Positions 9,701 through 19,946 of a stretch of 64,000 nucleotides of DNA are shown in pieces. A model generated the notes under the pieces. It worked only from the letters and a program-made list of their open reading frames with translations, had not been told where the DNA came from and did no database searches. Source of the DNA: Bacteroidia bacterium (GTDB lineage Bacteria; Bacteroidota; Bacteroidia; NS11-12g; UBA9320); contig JAGYJG010000001.1 of the NCBI GenBank assembly GCA_018402155.1, positions 290,831 to 354,830 of the forward strand, read 5' to 3'. Both the position numbers and the translations under genes were made by a program. Numbering within the stretch: the first letter of the stretch is position 1; each line of letters opens with the position of its first letter.

Positions 9701-11746
9701 TCCGCCTGTTTTTTCTTCAAAAAGAAATTCCTCAGGCAATGAAATGTCTGCAAAAGTATTGCCCAATAGACATCCGTTGAATACAAATAAGGGGTACTTA
9801 CCTTCATTATTTAATTGATTTGGCTTCCCTATATCTATTTCTAAAATTTGAGAAGCACCATGTCCAAAATAACTAAGAGTCTGTATTCCATCATTTATAT
9901 TTTTCTGAATTTCTTCTGCATAAGACTTAGCTATTGATTCATTATCTTTCTTTTCAACCATTACACCTTGTGCCCCAAATTTTTCTCCCTTCATTGTATT
10001 GTAATACGAAAGCTGATGTGCCTGAAGTCTGGCTTGTTCGCTGAGGCCATAACCTCCTGTTACAAAAAGAACCTTCTTTGATTTATTTAGAAATTCCTCG
10101 TGTTTTTTTAATTTATAGAGATACTTTCTTACATCATTATTATTTCTAGCAGGAATACGTCCTATTGCCATTACAGGGGTCAAATCATTAGTCGTGTAAT
10201 CCGTAACAAATGGATAGTCGGAAGCAGGCTCCCCCCAGGTAGGCACTAGATTTTCTAATTCTCTTCGTGAATAGTTGAATCGCGTCCGAAAGTAACTTTG
10301 TCCTTTGCCTAGTAGCAATACGTATTCAGGTTTTTTAGATTGAGAGGTATAGATATCTTTACAAAAGTTGCGTAAAGCTAAAGGATGCTTCAGTCCGTAG
10401 TAGTATTTCTCATATATTTCTGGCATATATGCTATCAATACATTGTAGTTACCGCCCTCTGCAGATTCTCTGTAATCTTTGTACTCTTTGGCGCTTTCAG
10501 CTAATTTTGGGTGCGTTACAATGATAAAATCATAGCTCGTATTACTATAATCTGTGGTATTGAAAACAACTTCTTCAATTGTACTCGGTTGTACTTGTTT
10601 TTTAGAAGCATCATTTACAATTACTATTTTTTTTGCGCCTGTGGTAGGGGTAATAAATCGCAAGAAAGAGGAGCTTATATCTCCTAGTATTCTTTTTTTA
10701 TTTTCTAAGTCGTAAATAGTAGCGTGTGATCCAATAAAATCAGAGAATTCAAAATAATCATTTGTTGCGGTGTAATTAAATTCGAAGTAGTCTTTATTTT
10801 TTAAACTAAGGTTTCTTGGGTAGCTTATTTTTACAAATGATAACCCATGTCTCGCTCTAGAGAGGTAAGTAGATGCAAATCGTATTGGGGTGGTAACACC
10901 TATAAGATTACTTGGTATTGATAGATTTGGCACATTTATACCCGTTTCTATACGGGTGTAGCCTTTGTGTGTTAGCCCAAATATAAAGGTAGAGCCTATA
11001 GTAACCTCCAGCCGCATATTTTTACCATCTATATTATTTTCCGGATTGGCTTTTCCATAGGCACCAAAACTTAGCTGGGCTGCAGGTCCATTGCTATTAT
11101 ATTCTTCTGTATTTACTTGAAATGTAGTATTTCTAGTACTCGATATATCGACACTAAACCAGCCCTCACCTTCTGTGTATTCTGAGAAATATCCAGGATT
11201 ATCGTACGGGCTTCCATCATGAAAGGCATCGGTAAAAAATAGAAGTGATTCGTACATTATCCATGGGTCATTTACCTTGCCGGCATAGTTACTATTTTGG
11301 AAATCAGCCAATCTTTTGCCAGGTGTTGTTGCACTCCAAGTCAGGTAGTAGTTAGTGGTGTCTTCATACAAACTCATATACTTGTGAGGCTGGTCAGCTG
11401 GGTTCAAATACAAAGGCTTATCCAGCTCACCATCATTCTTCTCACCATAAAATTCCAAAAAATCACCACTGTCAAAGCTGTTGTCATTTTCGCCTGCTAC
11501 GTATATATGCTGTTCTTTGCCGTTTTTATACAGTTGAAAATTTTTAGGATTAATGGACTCCAGTGGAAGGCCTGCCTCTGAAAGTGCAGCAAAATCAAGG
11601 GTATATATATGGCTCTCCCCTATGGATATTTTATAGTATTTTTGATTGGGCTCTATCCATTCTTTGCCATACTGTGCTCGGGCAATTGACGGCAATAAGA
11701 AAAAAAATGACCAAAGTATAAAAAAATTTAATTGTCTGTGGTGCAT
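6767..11746 (-). CDS. peptidase C25 (gingipain-like) family protein with T9SS C-terminal sorting domain
   Basis: 1659 aa; signal peptide (…LPSIARAQ); catalytic-dyad-like segment FGHGASQILEID…FVFNGCLLGN (His/Cys spacing as in gingipains/PorU); C-terminal ~90 aa YPYPNPF…GVYLYKV… T9SS CTD. Confidence 0.65.
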   Translation of the reverse strand: MHHRQLNFFILWSFFFLLPSIARAQYGKEWIEPNQKYYKISIGESHIYTLDFAALSEAGLPLESINPKNFQLYKNGKEQHIYVAGENDNSFDSGDFLEFYGEKNDGELDKPLYLNPADQPHKYMSLYEDTTNYYLTWSATTPGKRLADFQNSNYAGKVNDPWIMYESLLFFTDAFHDGSPYDNPGYFSEYTEGEGWFSVDISSTRNTTFQVNTEEYNSNGPAAQLSFGAYGKANPENNIDGKNMRLEVTIGSTFIFGLTHKGYTRIETGINVPNLSIPSNLIGVTTPIRFASTYLSRARHGLSFVKISYPRNLSLKNKDYFEFNYTATNDYFEFSDFIGSHATIYDLENKKRILGDISSSFLRFITPTTGAKKIVIVNDASKKQVQPSTIEEVVFNTTDYSNTSYDFIIVTHPKLAESAKEYKDYRESAEGGNYNVLIAYMPEIYEKYYYGLKHPLALRNFCKDIYTSQSKKPEYVLLLGKGQSYFRTRFNYSRRELENLVPTWGEPASDYPFVTDYTTNDLTPVMAIGRIPARNNNDVRKYLYKLKKHEEFLNKSKKVLFVTGGYGLSEQARLQAHQLSYYNTMKGEKFGAQGVMVEKKDNESIAKSYAEEIQKNINDGIQTLSYFGHGASQILEIDIGKPNQLNNEGKYPLFVFNGCLLGNTFADISLPEEFLFEEKTGGIAWIAGSAYNFISPLATWTRIFYQNLYNEYYGESIGKVMAATMEKYQQPTNDYNRSQCRQTLYHGDPAIRLYAPEKPDFQIDESGLKIYPENANAEMDSFALDMRLFNVGSAQKKEPLVHVSLKYSNDSIRNFKPKTFGPIHNSQPCLFWLPVTPFGAGFQTATITIDYGDSIKELEPLGELNNTVIFDFNLPSNSLSVLYPKKDDIQPENKVTLKVQNNNLLRKGNVVVFQIDTTPLFNSPIMQLSQEIVADNIIEHSFLLPPFDSTDFFWKAAFVSDQEKPEKWVSSTFSLVLASENGWSQGYKGKLAESKGDGIYFDADRNKLAFQRTLSWRYDMYSGGINTTWFKINLMEDNRKSHGNYARNAVEVMVVNPDNLDRYNEEDNVYNRTNRDRDAIPGYKYYIAGEKSAVYYFYPKTDVGYDSMYNFLNRVPHGWHIFLLINGDVGLDNWNDSMFTALEQFGAAKIRPLKHGEPYGLMGYKGDEIGKATELVANPESNVDPSYQEIPGSKQFTPLLTSGSITSQKIGPSQKWKQFYRIFGDEKDSEADSFNYSIIGITHTNRDTVLVHRTLAKTVDLSFIDATEYPYLKIRAFFKDEEMRTPAPQKRWTVLYDGVPEGSLMPDLVFEQTHDTIQEGDSIGFKIAYKNISTFGMDSLLVMAVNLASSNSRDTIELKRYQPLAPGDSVVLSYKLHTLGKIANNSFIIAVNPNFDQPEERLENNIINLHYVVEKDVKNPILDVVFDGLHILDYDIVSPSPVITMSVLDDNDFLFINDPTAIKAAITPVDELGNPIGTVDSLLHTLSNATFYPATAPGDKAVLEYLPDDLESGKYRLDVAVTDASGNASSDLNYRIHFEVIKESQITNIYPYPNPFSTSMKFVYTLTGEQIPDYMKIQILTITGKVVREITQNELGLIRIGNNISEFTWNGTDEFGDQLANGVYLYKVTARINGEEIQQRETAGDKFFHKGYGKIYLMR

Positions 11747-12245
11747 TAATTAATTTTTGACAAGACAAAGTTAACGAATTAGATCGTAAAGAGTTTATTA
11801 ATTTGCTTTTACATTACTAAAAACTAAAGTTTACTACTAGTTTTATTGACTTTTAATGCCGTTGTATCCCACTTCGGTCTGGAAGTAAGTTTTATATCAA
11901 GATTAATTGTGCATCTTTACTTAATTTCTTTGCACTTTGAAATGAAATATACTAAGCCTTGTATGTGAAATGAAGTTAATTTGCTTTGTAGTCTTTTATA
12001 TAGTTAAAAACGTAGCACTTACATAAAATTTTTTGAGGTGTTTTCAATCTCTTCTTAGTATAAAGAAAATAGTACTAAGTGGCAGGAGTTGTTATCAAGA
12101 TATTGTGTTGGAAAATCTTTATGCACCTGAGGTGTTACGATATAATTGGCTTTAATAATAGAAAAATGAGCAAGGAGGTTCAATATAATTAGTGATAAAA
12201 TTCTTGAGTTGGCAACAGTTTTTTTAACTTCGCATAAGAAAATCT

Positions 12246-12938
12246 ATGAATAAAGTAGTACAAAATGCTGAAGAGGCGATTATAGGAATACGCAGTGGAA
12301 TGACTTTAATGTTAGGAGGATTTGGTCTTTGCGGTATACCCGAAAATACCATTGGGGCACTGGTAGCATCAGGGGTTAAAGATCTTACGTGCATCAGTAA
12401 CAATGCTGGGGTAGATGATTTTGGCATTGGTCTTCTGTTAAAGGGCAAACAGGTAAAAAAAATGATATCATCATATGTGGGTGAAAATGCTGAATTTGAG
12501 CGACAATTATTGAGTGGTGAGCTAGAAGTAGAGCTTCTACCTCAAGGCACACTAGCGGAAAGATGCAGAGCAGCGGGTGCAGGTATCCCTGCATTTTTTA
12601 CTCCTGCAGGATATGGTACTGAGGTGGCATACGGCAAAGAAGTGAGAATATTTGACGGTAAAAATTATATTCTTGAACACGCATTTAAGTCAGATTATGC
12701 TATTGTGAAAGCGTGGAAAGGAGACACTGACGGCAATCTTATTTTTAAAGCAACTGCACGAAATTTTAATCCACTGATGGCAATGGCAGGTAAAGTTACC
12801 ATAGCAGAAGTAGAAGAACTGGTGCAGCCAGGGGAACTAGACCCTAATAGTATTCATACACCAAGTATTTTTGTGAATAAAATATTTCAAGGTGTAAATT
12901 ATGAGAAAAGAATAGAGCAAAGGACGATTTCAGCATGA
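12246..12938 (+). CDS. scoA: 3-oxoacid CoA-transferase subunit A
   Basis: 230 aa; N-terminus [12 protein letters not shown]…[12 protein letters not shown] typical of CoA-transferase alpha subunit. Confidence 0.8.
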   Translation: MNKVVQNAEEAIIGIRSGMTLMLGGFGLCGIPENTIGALVASGVKDLTCISNNAGVDDFGIGLLLKGKQVKKMISSYVGENAEFERQLLSGELEVELLPQGTLAERCRAAGAGIPAFFTPAGYGTEVAYGKEVRIFDGKNYILEHAFKSDYAIVKAWKGDTDGNLIFKATARNFNPLMAMAGKVTIAEVEELVQPGELDPNSIHTPSIFVNKIFQGVNYEKRIEQRTISA

Positions 12939-13639
12939 TTGCTGCGTATTACGTATACACCCAAGAGATTCGAAAATTAGTAGACCAATTTGAGGAATTT
13001 CATGGTAACCAAGATAGTTTTATTTTTCACTCAAAGGAGGTGAAACAGCCAGCAGGTGCAGTAGAGTTTCAAAGCGATAGTTGGTATATTGCCTTACAAA
13101 AGAAAATAGAGTATTGTGTAGCAATTTTAAAAAAATACCCCAACAATTTACTACTTTTTATAGACATTGATATTTTTATATATCGACCAGAAGAATTGCA
13201 CGATTACGTTTTAAAGCGCTTTGAAAATGAAAAACTAAGCTTTTTGGCTATGCAAGAGCATACGTCAGACAGGCATAATGGAGGCTTTATATTTGTAAAA
13301 GCTACAGCAGATATTTTATCACTTTATGAAAAAACATTGGAAGTACTTTCTTTTTACATTAACCATAGGAAAAGAGTGCTGAATAAACTTCTTTTGCTCT
13401 GCAAGTGTGGGATAACAACCTTGCCCTACGCCGATCAAACAATAATGGATAAATACTTGAAAAAGAGTTATATTAGATATGCATATATCCCCAATGAAAT
13501 AGGCTGTTGGGGTAAAAATCCAATTGAAAAAACTACCCTATATCACCATGCTGTATGCACTAAGAACCAAGAAGAAAAAATAAGCCTGCTGACCCAAAAA
13601 TATGAGGAGTACTTGCAGCTAACTAAAGATAAATTTTAA
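12935..13639 (+). CDS. hypothetical protein, putative nucleotide-diphospho-sugar transferase-like
   Basis: 234 aa; DxD-like [11 protein letters not shown] followed by HNGGFIFV; ATGA overlap with scoA stop, 19 nt before scoB; no confident family match from sequence alone. Confidence 0.35.
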   Translation: MIAAYYVYTQEIRKLVDQFEEFHGNQDSFIFHSKEVKQPAGAVEFQSDSWYIALQKKIEYCVAILKKYPNNLLLFIDIDIFIYRPEELHDYVLKRFENEKLSFLAMQEHTSDRHNGGFIFVKATADILSLYEKTLEVLSFYINHRKRVLNKLLLLCKCGITTLPYADQTIMDKYLKKSYIRYAYIPNEIGCWGKNPIEKTTLYHHAVCTKNQEEKISLLTQKYEEYLQLTKDKF

Positions 13640-13658
13640 ATTTTAACCACATACCATT

Positions 13659-14312
13659 ATGCTAACTAAAGAACAAATAGCTAAACGAATAGCCCAAGAA
13701 TTGAAAGACGGGTATTATGTAAATCTCGGTATTGGTATACCGACTTTGGTAGCCAATTATGTGCCTGAAGGTATGGATGTAACTCTACAGAGCGAGAATG
13801 GGTTGCTAGGAATGGGGCCTTTCCCTACAGAGGAAGAACTAGATGCCGATCTTATCAATGCTGGTAAGCAAACAGTAACTACTTTGCCCGGTTCTGTCTT
13901 CTTTGATAGTGCTACCAGTTTTGCAATGATACGCAGCGGACGAGTAGACCTGACGGTACTGGGTGCCATGGAAGTAAATGACAAGGGAGATATAGCCAAC
14001 TGGAAAATACCCGGAAAAATGGTAAAAGGTATGGGAGGAGCTATGGATTTAGTGGCATCCGCTCAGAATATAATTGTAGCTATGCAGCATACCAATAGAG
14101 ACGGAGAAAGTAAATTACTAAAAGAATTGAGTCTCCCAGTAACTGGATTAGGATGTGTAAAAAAAATAGTAACTAATTTGTGTGTCATGGACGTTACGGC
14201 TAGTGGTTTTGAATTAAAAGAACTGGCTCCGGGCGTATCCATAGAAGATGTGAAAGCTGCCACAGAAGGTAAACTTATCGTAAACGGTAAAATTCCGGAA
14301 ATTGAAGTATAA
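13659..14312 (+). CDS. scoB: 3-oxoacid CoA-transferase subunit B
   Basis: 217 aa; MLTKEQIAKRIAQELKDGYYVNLGIGIPTLVANY typical beta subunit. Confidence 0.8.
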   Translation: MLTKEQIAKRIAQELKDGYYVNLGIGIPTLVANYVPEGMDVTLQSENGLLGMGPFPTEEELDADLINAGKQTVTTLPGSVFFDSATSFAMIRSGRVDLTVLGAMEVNDKGDIANWKIPGKMVKGMGGAMDLVASAQNIIVAMQHTNRDGESKLLKELSLPVTGLGCVKKIVTNLCVMDVTASGFELKELAPGVSIEDVKAATEGKLIVNGKIPEIEV

Positions 14313-14540
14313 TACTTTGCTTAAAAATTTGCTTATCAATATGATTTTAGCCCAATTTATGTAATGCATAGTAAAAAGTGCTAGCAGTAGGTATATTTTC
14401 ATAAAAGTTTCTTCCTAAAGTATAAAACTTCTCAAAAGCCACTCAAATGTGTACAAAGACATCAATAAATTTTACTAAAAAAAAGCAATTAGCTATTCTC
14501 ACTAGTAGGACTTATTGGTAGTATTGCTAAATTTGCACCA

Positions 14541-15464
14541 ATGAAAGTAACAGTAGTAGGAGCAGGGGCGGTAGGTGCTAGTTGTGCCGAATATATAGCC
14601 ATTAAGAATTTTGCATCAGAAGTTTGTCTGATAGATATCAAAGAGGGTTTTGCAGAAGGGAAAGCGATGGACCTTATGCAGACAGCATCATTAAATGGTT
14701 TTGATACTAAAATAATCGGAGCCACCAATGATTATGCTAAAACTGCAGGTAGTGACGTTGCTGTAATAACGAGCGGAATACCTCGCAAACCAGGAATGAC
14801 TCGTGAAGAGCTTATTGGGATTAATGCCGGTATTGTTAAATCGGTGTCCTCGAGTATATTGGAACATTCTCCACAAGCAATTATTATTGTTGTTTCAAAC
14901 CCAATGGATACCATGACTTATCTGGTACATAAAACTACGGGCTTACCTAAAAATAGAATTATAGGTATGGGCGGCGCTTTAGATAGTGCACGTTTCAAAT
15001 ATAGACTAGCCGAAGCACTAGACTGCCCTGCATCTGACGTAGAAGGAATGGTAATAGGCGGACATAGCGATACTGGAATGGTACCTCTCATAGAAAAAGC
15101 AACTAGAAATAGTATAAGTGTTTCTGAATTTCTTGCAACTGATAAAATGGATAAAATAGTACACGATACTAAAGTTGGAGGTGCTACACTTACTGGTTTG
15201 TTGGGTACTAGTGCTTGGTACGCCCCCGGAGCAGCAGTATCTGAGATAGTAAAAGCAATTGCACTCGATTCCAAAAAAATGATTCCATGCTCGGCTTTGC
15301 TCTCTGGAGAATACGAACTGAATGATTTATGTATTGGAGTTCCATGTATTTTGGGCAAAAATGGTATCGAGCGTATCATAGAAGTTTCACTAAGCGATGC
15401 GGAAAAATCTCAGATGCAAGAGAGTGCAGTTGGTGTACAAAAAACAAACAGCCTCTTAGATTAA
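14541..15464 (+). CDS. mdh: malate dehydrogenase (LDH-like family)
   Basis: 307 aa; MKVTVVGAGAVG Rossmann start, catalytic IGGHSDT; length typical for Bacteroidetes Mdh. Confidence 0.85.
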   Translation: MKVTVVGAGAVGASCAEYIAIKNFASEVCLIDIKEGFAEGKAMDLMQTASLNGFDTKIIGATNDYAKTAGSDVAVITSGIPRKPGMTREELIGINAGIVKSVSSSILEHSPQAIIIVVSNPMDTMTYLVHKTTGLPKNRIIGMGGALDSARFKYRLAEALDCPASDVEGMVIGGHSDTGMVPLIEKATRNSISVSEFLATDKMDKIVHDTKVGGATLTGLLGTSAWYAPGAAVSEIVKAIALDSKKMIPCSALLSGEYELNDLCIGVPCILGKNGIERIIEVSLSDAEKSQMQESAVGVQKTNSLLD

Positions 15465-15778
15465 TACACCGGGCAGCCAAGTCATTTTGACATACTACTT
15501 TTAACAAATACAACCGAAAAAATTTAGTTGGAGATTCTAAATGGATTTTTTTAGGATACTTCATAACCTAACAGGAGTGCTTCTGCTAGAAAAAATCCGA
15601 CATTGCTCGATATCAATGGTTTGAAACAAAACAATAAAATGTTAAAAGACGTACTATGGTGCGTTATTGCTCAAACCTACTATCCACTTGCGGTTATGCA
15701 TCGACTAATTATTATAATGATTTAGGCTTTAAAGGTGTAAATTAAGTAAACGAAGATTGGCGTATTAAATCTATTGTT

Positions 15779-16639
15779 ATGAGTCATAAAGATAACAGAA
15801 CAGCGGTTGGTTATATGCTACTAGCGGGCTTAATTTTTGCTTTGATGAATATTATTGTGAAGCACTTGGAGCATATTCCCGTAGCGCAAATTGTATTTAT
15901 GCGGAGTATTGTAATGTTGATAATGGTGGTTATTGCTATTCGAAGAAATGGGATTTCCCCTTGGGGCACACAACGAAAATTGTTAGTTTTTAGAGGTTTT
16001 TTTGGTTCTTTGGGCATCGCTTTTTTCTTTTATACTTTGCATACTATGCCATTAGCAGGTGCAGTTATTATTCATTATCTCACGCCTATATTTACGGTTA
16101 TCCTCTCGGTTCTTATCACACGTGTAAGAATTGCTCCTATACGTTGGCTATTTTTCTTGCTCTGTTTTGTTGGCATTTTTGTCATCAAAGATTTTGATGA
16201 AAGGGTAAGCACATTGCCTGTAATTATAGGTATTTTGGGAACTATTGCAGCGTCATCGGCTTACAATATAATTAATGTCCTTAAAAAAACAGAGCACCAC
16301 CTCGTTATCATGTTTTATTTTCCATTGGTTACTGTACCGTTTGTACTCACGTTCATAGCTGCTACGGGCCAGTGGGTTTGGACCACAGCTTGGCACTGGT
16401 TGCTTCTTTCTACGGTAGGAATGTGCACTTATTTTGCACAGTATTTTCTTACCAAAGCGTATCAAATAGGAGAGGTTAGCAAGGTAAGCATTGTGTCATA
16501 TATAGGCATTGTTTACGCATTACTTTTGGGGTATTTAATTTGGGATGAGTGGTATGAGCCTATGGTTTTTGTCGGACTTTTTATTGTTTTGACAGGGGTC
16601 ATCGGCAATTTGAGTTATCGCAATAAACAGGGCATGTAG
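15779..16639 (+). CDS. EamA/DMT superfamily transporter
   Basis: 286 aa; 10 TM segments; two EamA-like halves. Confidence 0.6.
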   Translation: MSHKDNRTAVGYMLLAGLIFALMNIIVKHLEHIPVAQIVFMRSIVMLIMVVIAIRRNGISPWGTQRKLLVFRGFFGSLGIAFFFYTLHTMPLAGAVIIHYLTPIFTVILSVLITRVRIAPIRWLFFLLCFVGIFVIKDFDERVSTLPVIIGILGTIAASSAYNIINVLKKTEHHLVIMFYFPLVTVPFVLTFIAATGQWVWTTAWHWLLLSTVGMCTYFAQYFLTKAYQIGEVSKVSIVSYIGIVYALLLGYLIWDEWYEPMVFVGLFIVLTGVIGNLSYRNKQGM

Positions 16640-16769
16640 CATTTATTTTTCGTAGGTTTATCGTTCTTTGGATACGCTGCTTTTAGAAAAGGTGATACAA
16701 TCAGTATTTTTGATTTTGGTAATAAGTTAGCAGTAAAATATTGAACAAGGCAAAGATACTTTTGTAAAT

Positions 16770-18020
16770 TTATTTGCGTAAGGCAACAACAGGATCCATA
16801 CGGGCAGCTAACATAGCAGGCGCAATTCCAGCTATCAAACCAATTAAAATTGAAAATCCTATACCGCTTATAAAAATGGACGAGCTAAAATAAATTTGGA
16901 AGGATGAAAACGTGCTAGCTGCATAGCTTAAAACAACTACTAAAAGAATGCCAATAATAGCACCAATAATACATAGAAAAATTGCCTCAAAAAGAAACTG
17001 AGACAGTATGAAACTACGCTCTGCCCCCAATGCTTTTTGAAGTCCGATGATACCTGTGCGCTCCTTCACAGAAACAAACATAATATTAGCTATGCCAAAA
17101 CCCCCAACTAGTAGCGAAAAGCCACCGATAATTACGGCTACAATATCAATAACACCAAAGGTTTGACTGAGATTATCGCTGACCATTGTTAGTTTATTGA
17201 TGGCAAAATTATCACTGTCTTTGGGTCTAAGTTTTCTGAGGGATCTCATTATTCGTTTTATTTCAAAATCTAGTGAGGAGAGTTTTATGTCATCTCGGCC
17301 TTTGATAATGATTGAAGAACTCACCCCTCGGGCATTTGGTTTTTTAAATTTTGTGGCAAAACGAGCAGGCAACACCACTACATCATCATATTGAGGTCCA
17401 CCAATTGACTGTCCCTGAAGGCTTAAAACTCCAATTATTGTTACCTTATGACCGTTAATTTTGATGCTTCTACCCACAGGATCTGCCCCAGCAAAGAGGG
17501 TAAATGCCAAATTGTAGCCCAAAATAGCAGAGTTTTTTCCATTGGCAGTTTCAAAATCGGTAAAGCTTCGGCCAGTAAAAAAATCCCATTGATTGATTGA
17601 AAAAAAATCACCCATTACGGCAGTTATTTTTACGTCTGACACTTCTTCAAGATTACTTTTGGCTGTATTACTGCTAAAGTCAAAAAAGAAGGCAGTATTT
17701 TTTATAAGATTTTTGTTTCCCTCTTTAGTAACACGCTGGTATTCTCTGATGGTCGTTTCTGGCCTATTGAGATAATCCCACCATTGGTAGCCTCCACCAA
17801 AACCCCATGGCCATTTTTGGATATAGACTATTTTATCACCCATTTTATCTACGTTAGATCGTATGTTTTGTTCCAATGAGTGTGTAGCAGTAAAAATAGC
17901 TACAATGCAAAATATGCCAATTGTGATACCTAGCACAGATAGAAAGCTGCGTAGCTTATTTGCCCTCAAAAAATTTAGTGAAAGGGCAATTGACTCCTTT
18001 AGTAATTGAACTGCAGTCAT
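16770..18020 (-). CDS. ABC transporter permease, FtsX/MacB-like
   Basis: 416 aa; N-terminal TM, large periplasmic domain, C-terminal 3 TM FtsX-like block (…GLQKALGAERSFIL…). Confidence 0.7.
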   Translation of the reverse strand: MTAVQLLKESIALSLNFLRANKLRSFLSVLGITIGIFCIVAIFTATHSLEQNIRSNVDKMGDKIVYIQKWPWGFGGGYQWWDYLNRPETTIREYQRVTKEGNKNLIKNTAFFFDFSSNTAKSNLEEVSDVKITAVMGDFFSINQWDFFTGRSFTDFETANGKNSAILGYNLAFTLFAGADPVGRSIKINGHKVTIIGVLSLQGQSIGGPQYDDVVVLPARFATKFKKPNARGVSSSIIIKGRDDIKLSSLDFEIKRIMRSLRKLRPKDSDNFAINKLTMVSDNLSQTFGVIDIVAVIIGGFSLLVGGFGIANIMFVSVKERTGIIGLQKALGAERSFILSQFLFEAIFLCIIGAIIGILLVVVLSYAASTFSSFQIYFSSSIFISGIGFSILIGLIAGIAPAMLAARMDPVVALRK

Positions 18021-18131
18021 ATTATTGAGGTCAATAATACGATATTGGCCGCGTTCCCCTTTCTATTTATCGATTAACACGTGATTTTTAGATACAATTG
18101 AAGCACTTTTTTATAGCGTTAAATAATTCAC

Positions 18132-18162
18132 TTGACATAGCTTGCTGAAAAGATTACTTTTG
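18132..18162 (+). promoter_or_regulatory. candidate Bacteroidetes sigma-A promoter for queA (-33 TTG / -7 TACTTTTG, 20-nt spacer)
   Basis: TTG at 18132-18134 and TACTTTTG at 18155-18162, 38 nt upstream of queA ATG. Confidence 0.4.
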
Positions 18163-18199
18163 CACTCGTTTTACGCAGATTATTGCATACAAATACTAC

Positions 18200-19249
18200 A
18201 TGAAATTATCAGAATTCCACCTAGAATTAGACCCCAATAGAATAGCTAAAGCACCACCTTTTAATAGAGACGAGTGCAAACTAATGATAGTAGATAAAAC
18301 TACTAAAACCATAGAACATAAGATGTTTAAAGATATCTTAGATGAGTTTGACGATGGAGACGTAATGGTGCTCAATGATGCAAAAGTATTTCCAGCACGT
18401 TTGTATGGTAACAAAGAGAAAACAGGTGCTAAAATTGAAGTTTTTTTACTAAGAGAACTCAACAATGAATTACGTCTTTGGGATGTTTTGGTAGATCCTG
18501 CAAGGAAAATACGCGTAGGGAATAAACTGTTTTTTGGAGAAGATGAGCTTGTAGCCGAAGTCATAGACAACACTACGAGTAGGGGAAGAACCATTCGTTT
18601 CCTGTTTGATGGTACAGATATTGAATTTAGAAATGTCGTAAAAAAATTGGGGCATACTCCAATACCCAAATATTTGGATCGTGAGGCCACAGAAGAAGAT
18701 GCAGAAATGTATCAAACTATTTTTGCTGATAGAGATGGAGCTATTGCTCCACCAGCTGCCGGATTACATTTTACAAAGGCCTTAATGATGCGTCTGGAAA
18801 TAAAAGGAGTGAAATTTGCAAAGGTTAATTTGAATATTGGCCTTGGTTCTTTCAGACCAGTAGAAGTAGAAGACCTTACAAAACATAAAATGGATAGTGA
18901 ACATTTTATTGTAGAGCAAGAGGCCGCTGACATAGTAAATGAGGCCAAACAAAATAAAAAACAAGTGCTGGCTGTAGGTAGTAGCGTTATGCGCGCTTTG
19001 GAGAGCTCCGTTTCTGCCTTTGGTAAGTTAAATGCTGATGACAATTGGACCGATAAATTTATCTTCCCACCCTACGAACCTCGAATAGCTACGGCGTATC
19101 TCACCAATTTCCATCAGCCAAAATCTACTCTTATGATGCTTGCTTCTGCATATCTAGATGACCACAAGTTGGCGATGAAAGTATATGAAACTGCCATTAA
19201 AGAAGAATATAATTTCTTGTGCTATGGCGATGCGTTGCTTATAAAATAA
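18200..19249 (+). CDS. queA: S-adenosylmethionine:tRNA ribosyltransferase-isomerase
   Basis: 349 aa; [31 protein letters not shown] canonical QueA N-terminus. Confidence 0.85.
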   Translation: MKLSEFHLELDPNRIAKAPPFNRDECKLMIVDKTTKTIEHKMFKDILDEFDDGDVMVLNDAKVFPARLYGNKEKTGAKIEVFLLRELNNELRLWDVLVDPARKIRVGNKLFFGEDELVAEVIDNTTSRGRTIRFLFDGTDIEFRNVVKKLGHTPIPKYLDREATEEDAEMYQTIFADRDGAIAPPAAGLHFTKALMMRLEIKGVKFAKVNLNIGLGSFRPVEVEDLTKHKMDSEHFIVEQEAADIVNEAKQNKKQVLAVGSSVMRALESSVSAFGKLNADDNWTDKFIFPPYEPRIATAYLTNFHQPKSTLMMLASAYLDDHKLAMKVYETAIKEEYNFLCYGDALLIK

Positions 19250-19290
19250 ACACAAAAAGTAATTATAGTAAGCATTTGCTTGCTCTAATG

Positions 19291-19298
19291 TACTTTTG
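19291..19298 (+). promoter_or_regulatory. candidate -7 promoter element (TACTTTTG) for plsY
   Basis: same TACTTTTGCA motif as upstream of queA and mreB; 13 nt upstream of ATG 19311. Confidence 0.3.
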
Positions 19299-19310
19299 CA
19301 TTTCACTCGT

Positions 19311-19946
19311 ATGGAGATTATTTTAGTTTTTAGTATGGCAGTGGCCTCTTATCTTATAGGTAGTTTACCTAGTAGTGTTTGGGTGGGAAAAGCCTATCAC
19401 GGATTAGATGTTCGAGACTTTGGAAGTGGTAATGCTGGAGCTACAAATACTTTTCGTGTTTTGGGCACTCCAACAGGTATCGTTGTTCTATTTTTGGATG
19501 TGATTAAGGGCGTTACAGCTACTAGTCTTATTCACTATATTCCCTCGGTGCAGTGGGGTACAGAACAGTTTGTAAATTTGCAATTGCTCTTTGGATTAAT
19601 GGCGGTAATTGGTCACATTTTTCCCATATATGTAGATTTTAAGGGGGGAAAAGGCATTGCAACTTTATTTGGTATGCTGATTGGAATTCATTATGCTCTC
19701 GCATTGGCTTGCGTGGGTCTTTTCCTCATTGTCTTACTTTCCACAAAATACGTGTCTCTCAGTAGTATTTTAGCTGCAGTGGCATTTCCAATTTTTACTA
19801 TTTTTGTTTTCAAAAGAGATGAGCCTCTGTTTATAGCTTTTGGAATCGCCGCAGCTGTACTCGTAATACTCACTCACAAGAAAAATATTACTCGTTTGAT
19901 TCAAGGCGAAGAAAGTAAAGCGAATTTATTTAAAAGTAAATCATGA
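19311..19946 (+). CDS. plsY: glycerol-3-phosphate acyltransferase PlsY
   Basis: GSGNAGATNTFRVLG signature; ORF track begins at TTG 19296 but ATG 19311 (MEIILVF…) fits PlsY N-termini better. Confidence 0.8.
   Translation: MEIILVFSMAVASYLIGSLPSSVWVGKAYHGLDVRDFGSGNAGATNTFRVLGTPTGIVVLFLDVIKGVTATSLIHYIPSVQWGTEQFVNLQLLFGLMAVIGHIFPIYVDFKGGKGIATLFGMLIGIHYALALACVGLFLIVLLSTKYVSLSSILAAVAFPIFTIFVFKRDEPLFIAFGIAAAVLVILTHKKNITRLIQGEESKANLFKSKS

Noticed and set aside
14918-15379. 153-aa antisense ORF inside mdh (and other long antisense ORFs inside dnaK, C25 gene, pntB, tig)
   Set aside because: Fully embedded antisense to strongly supported conserved genes; typical shadow ORFs.
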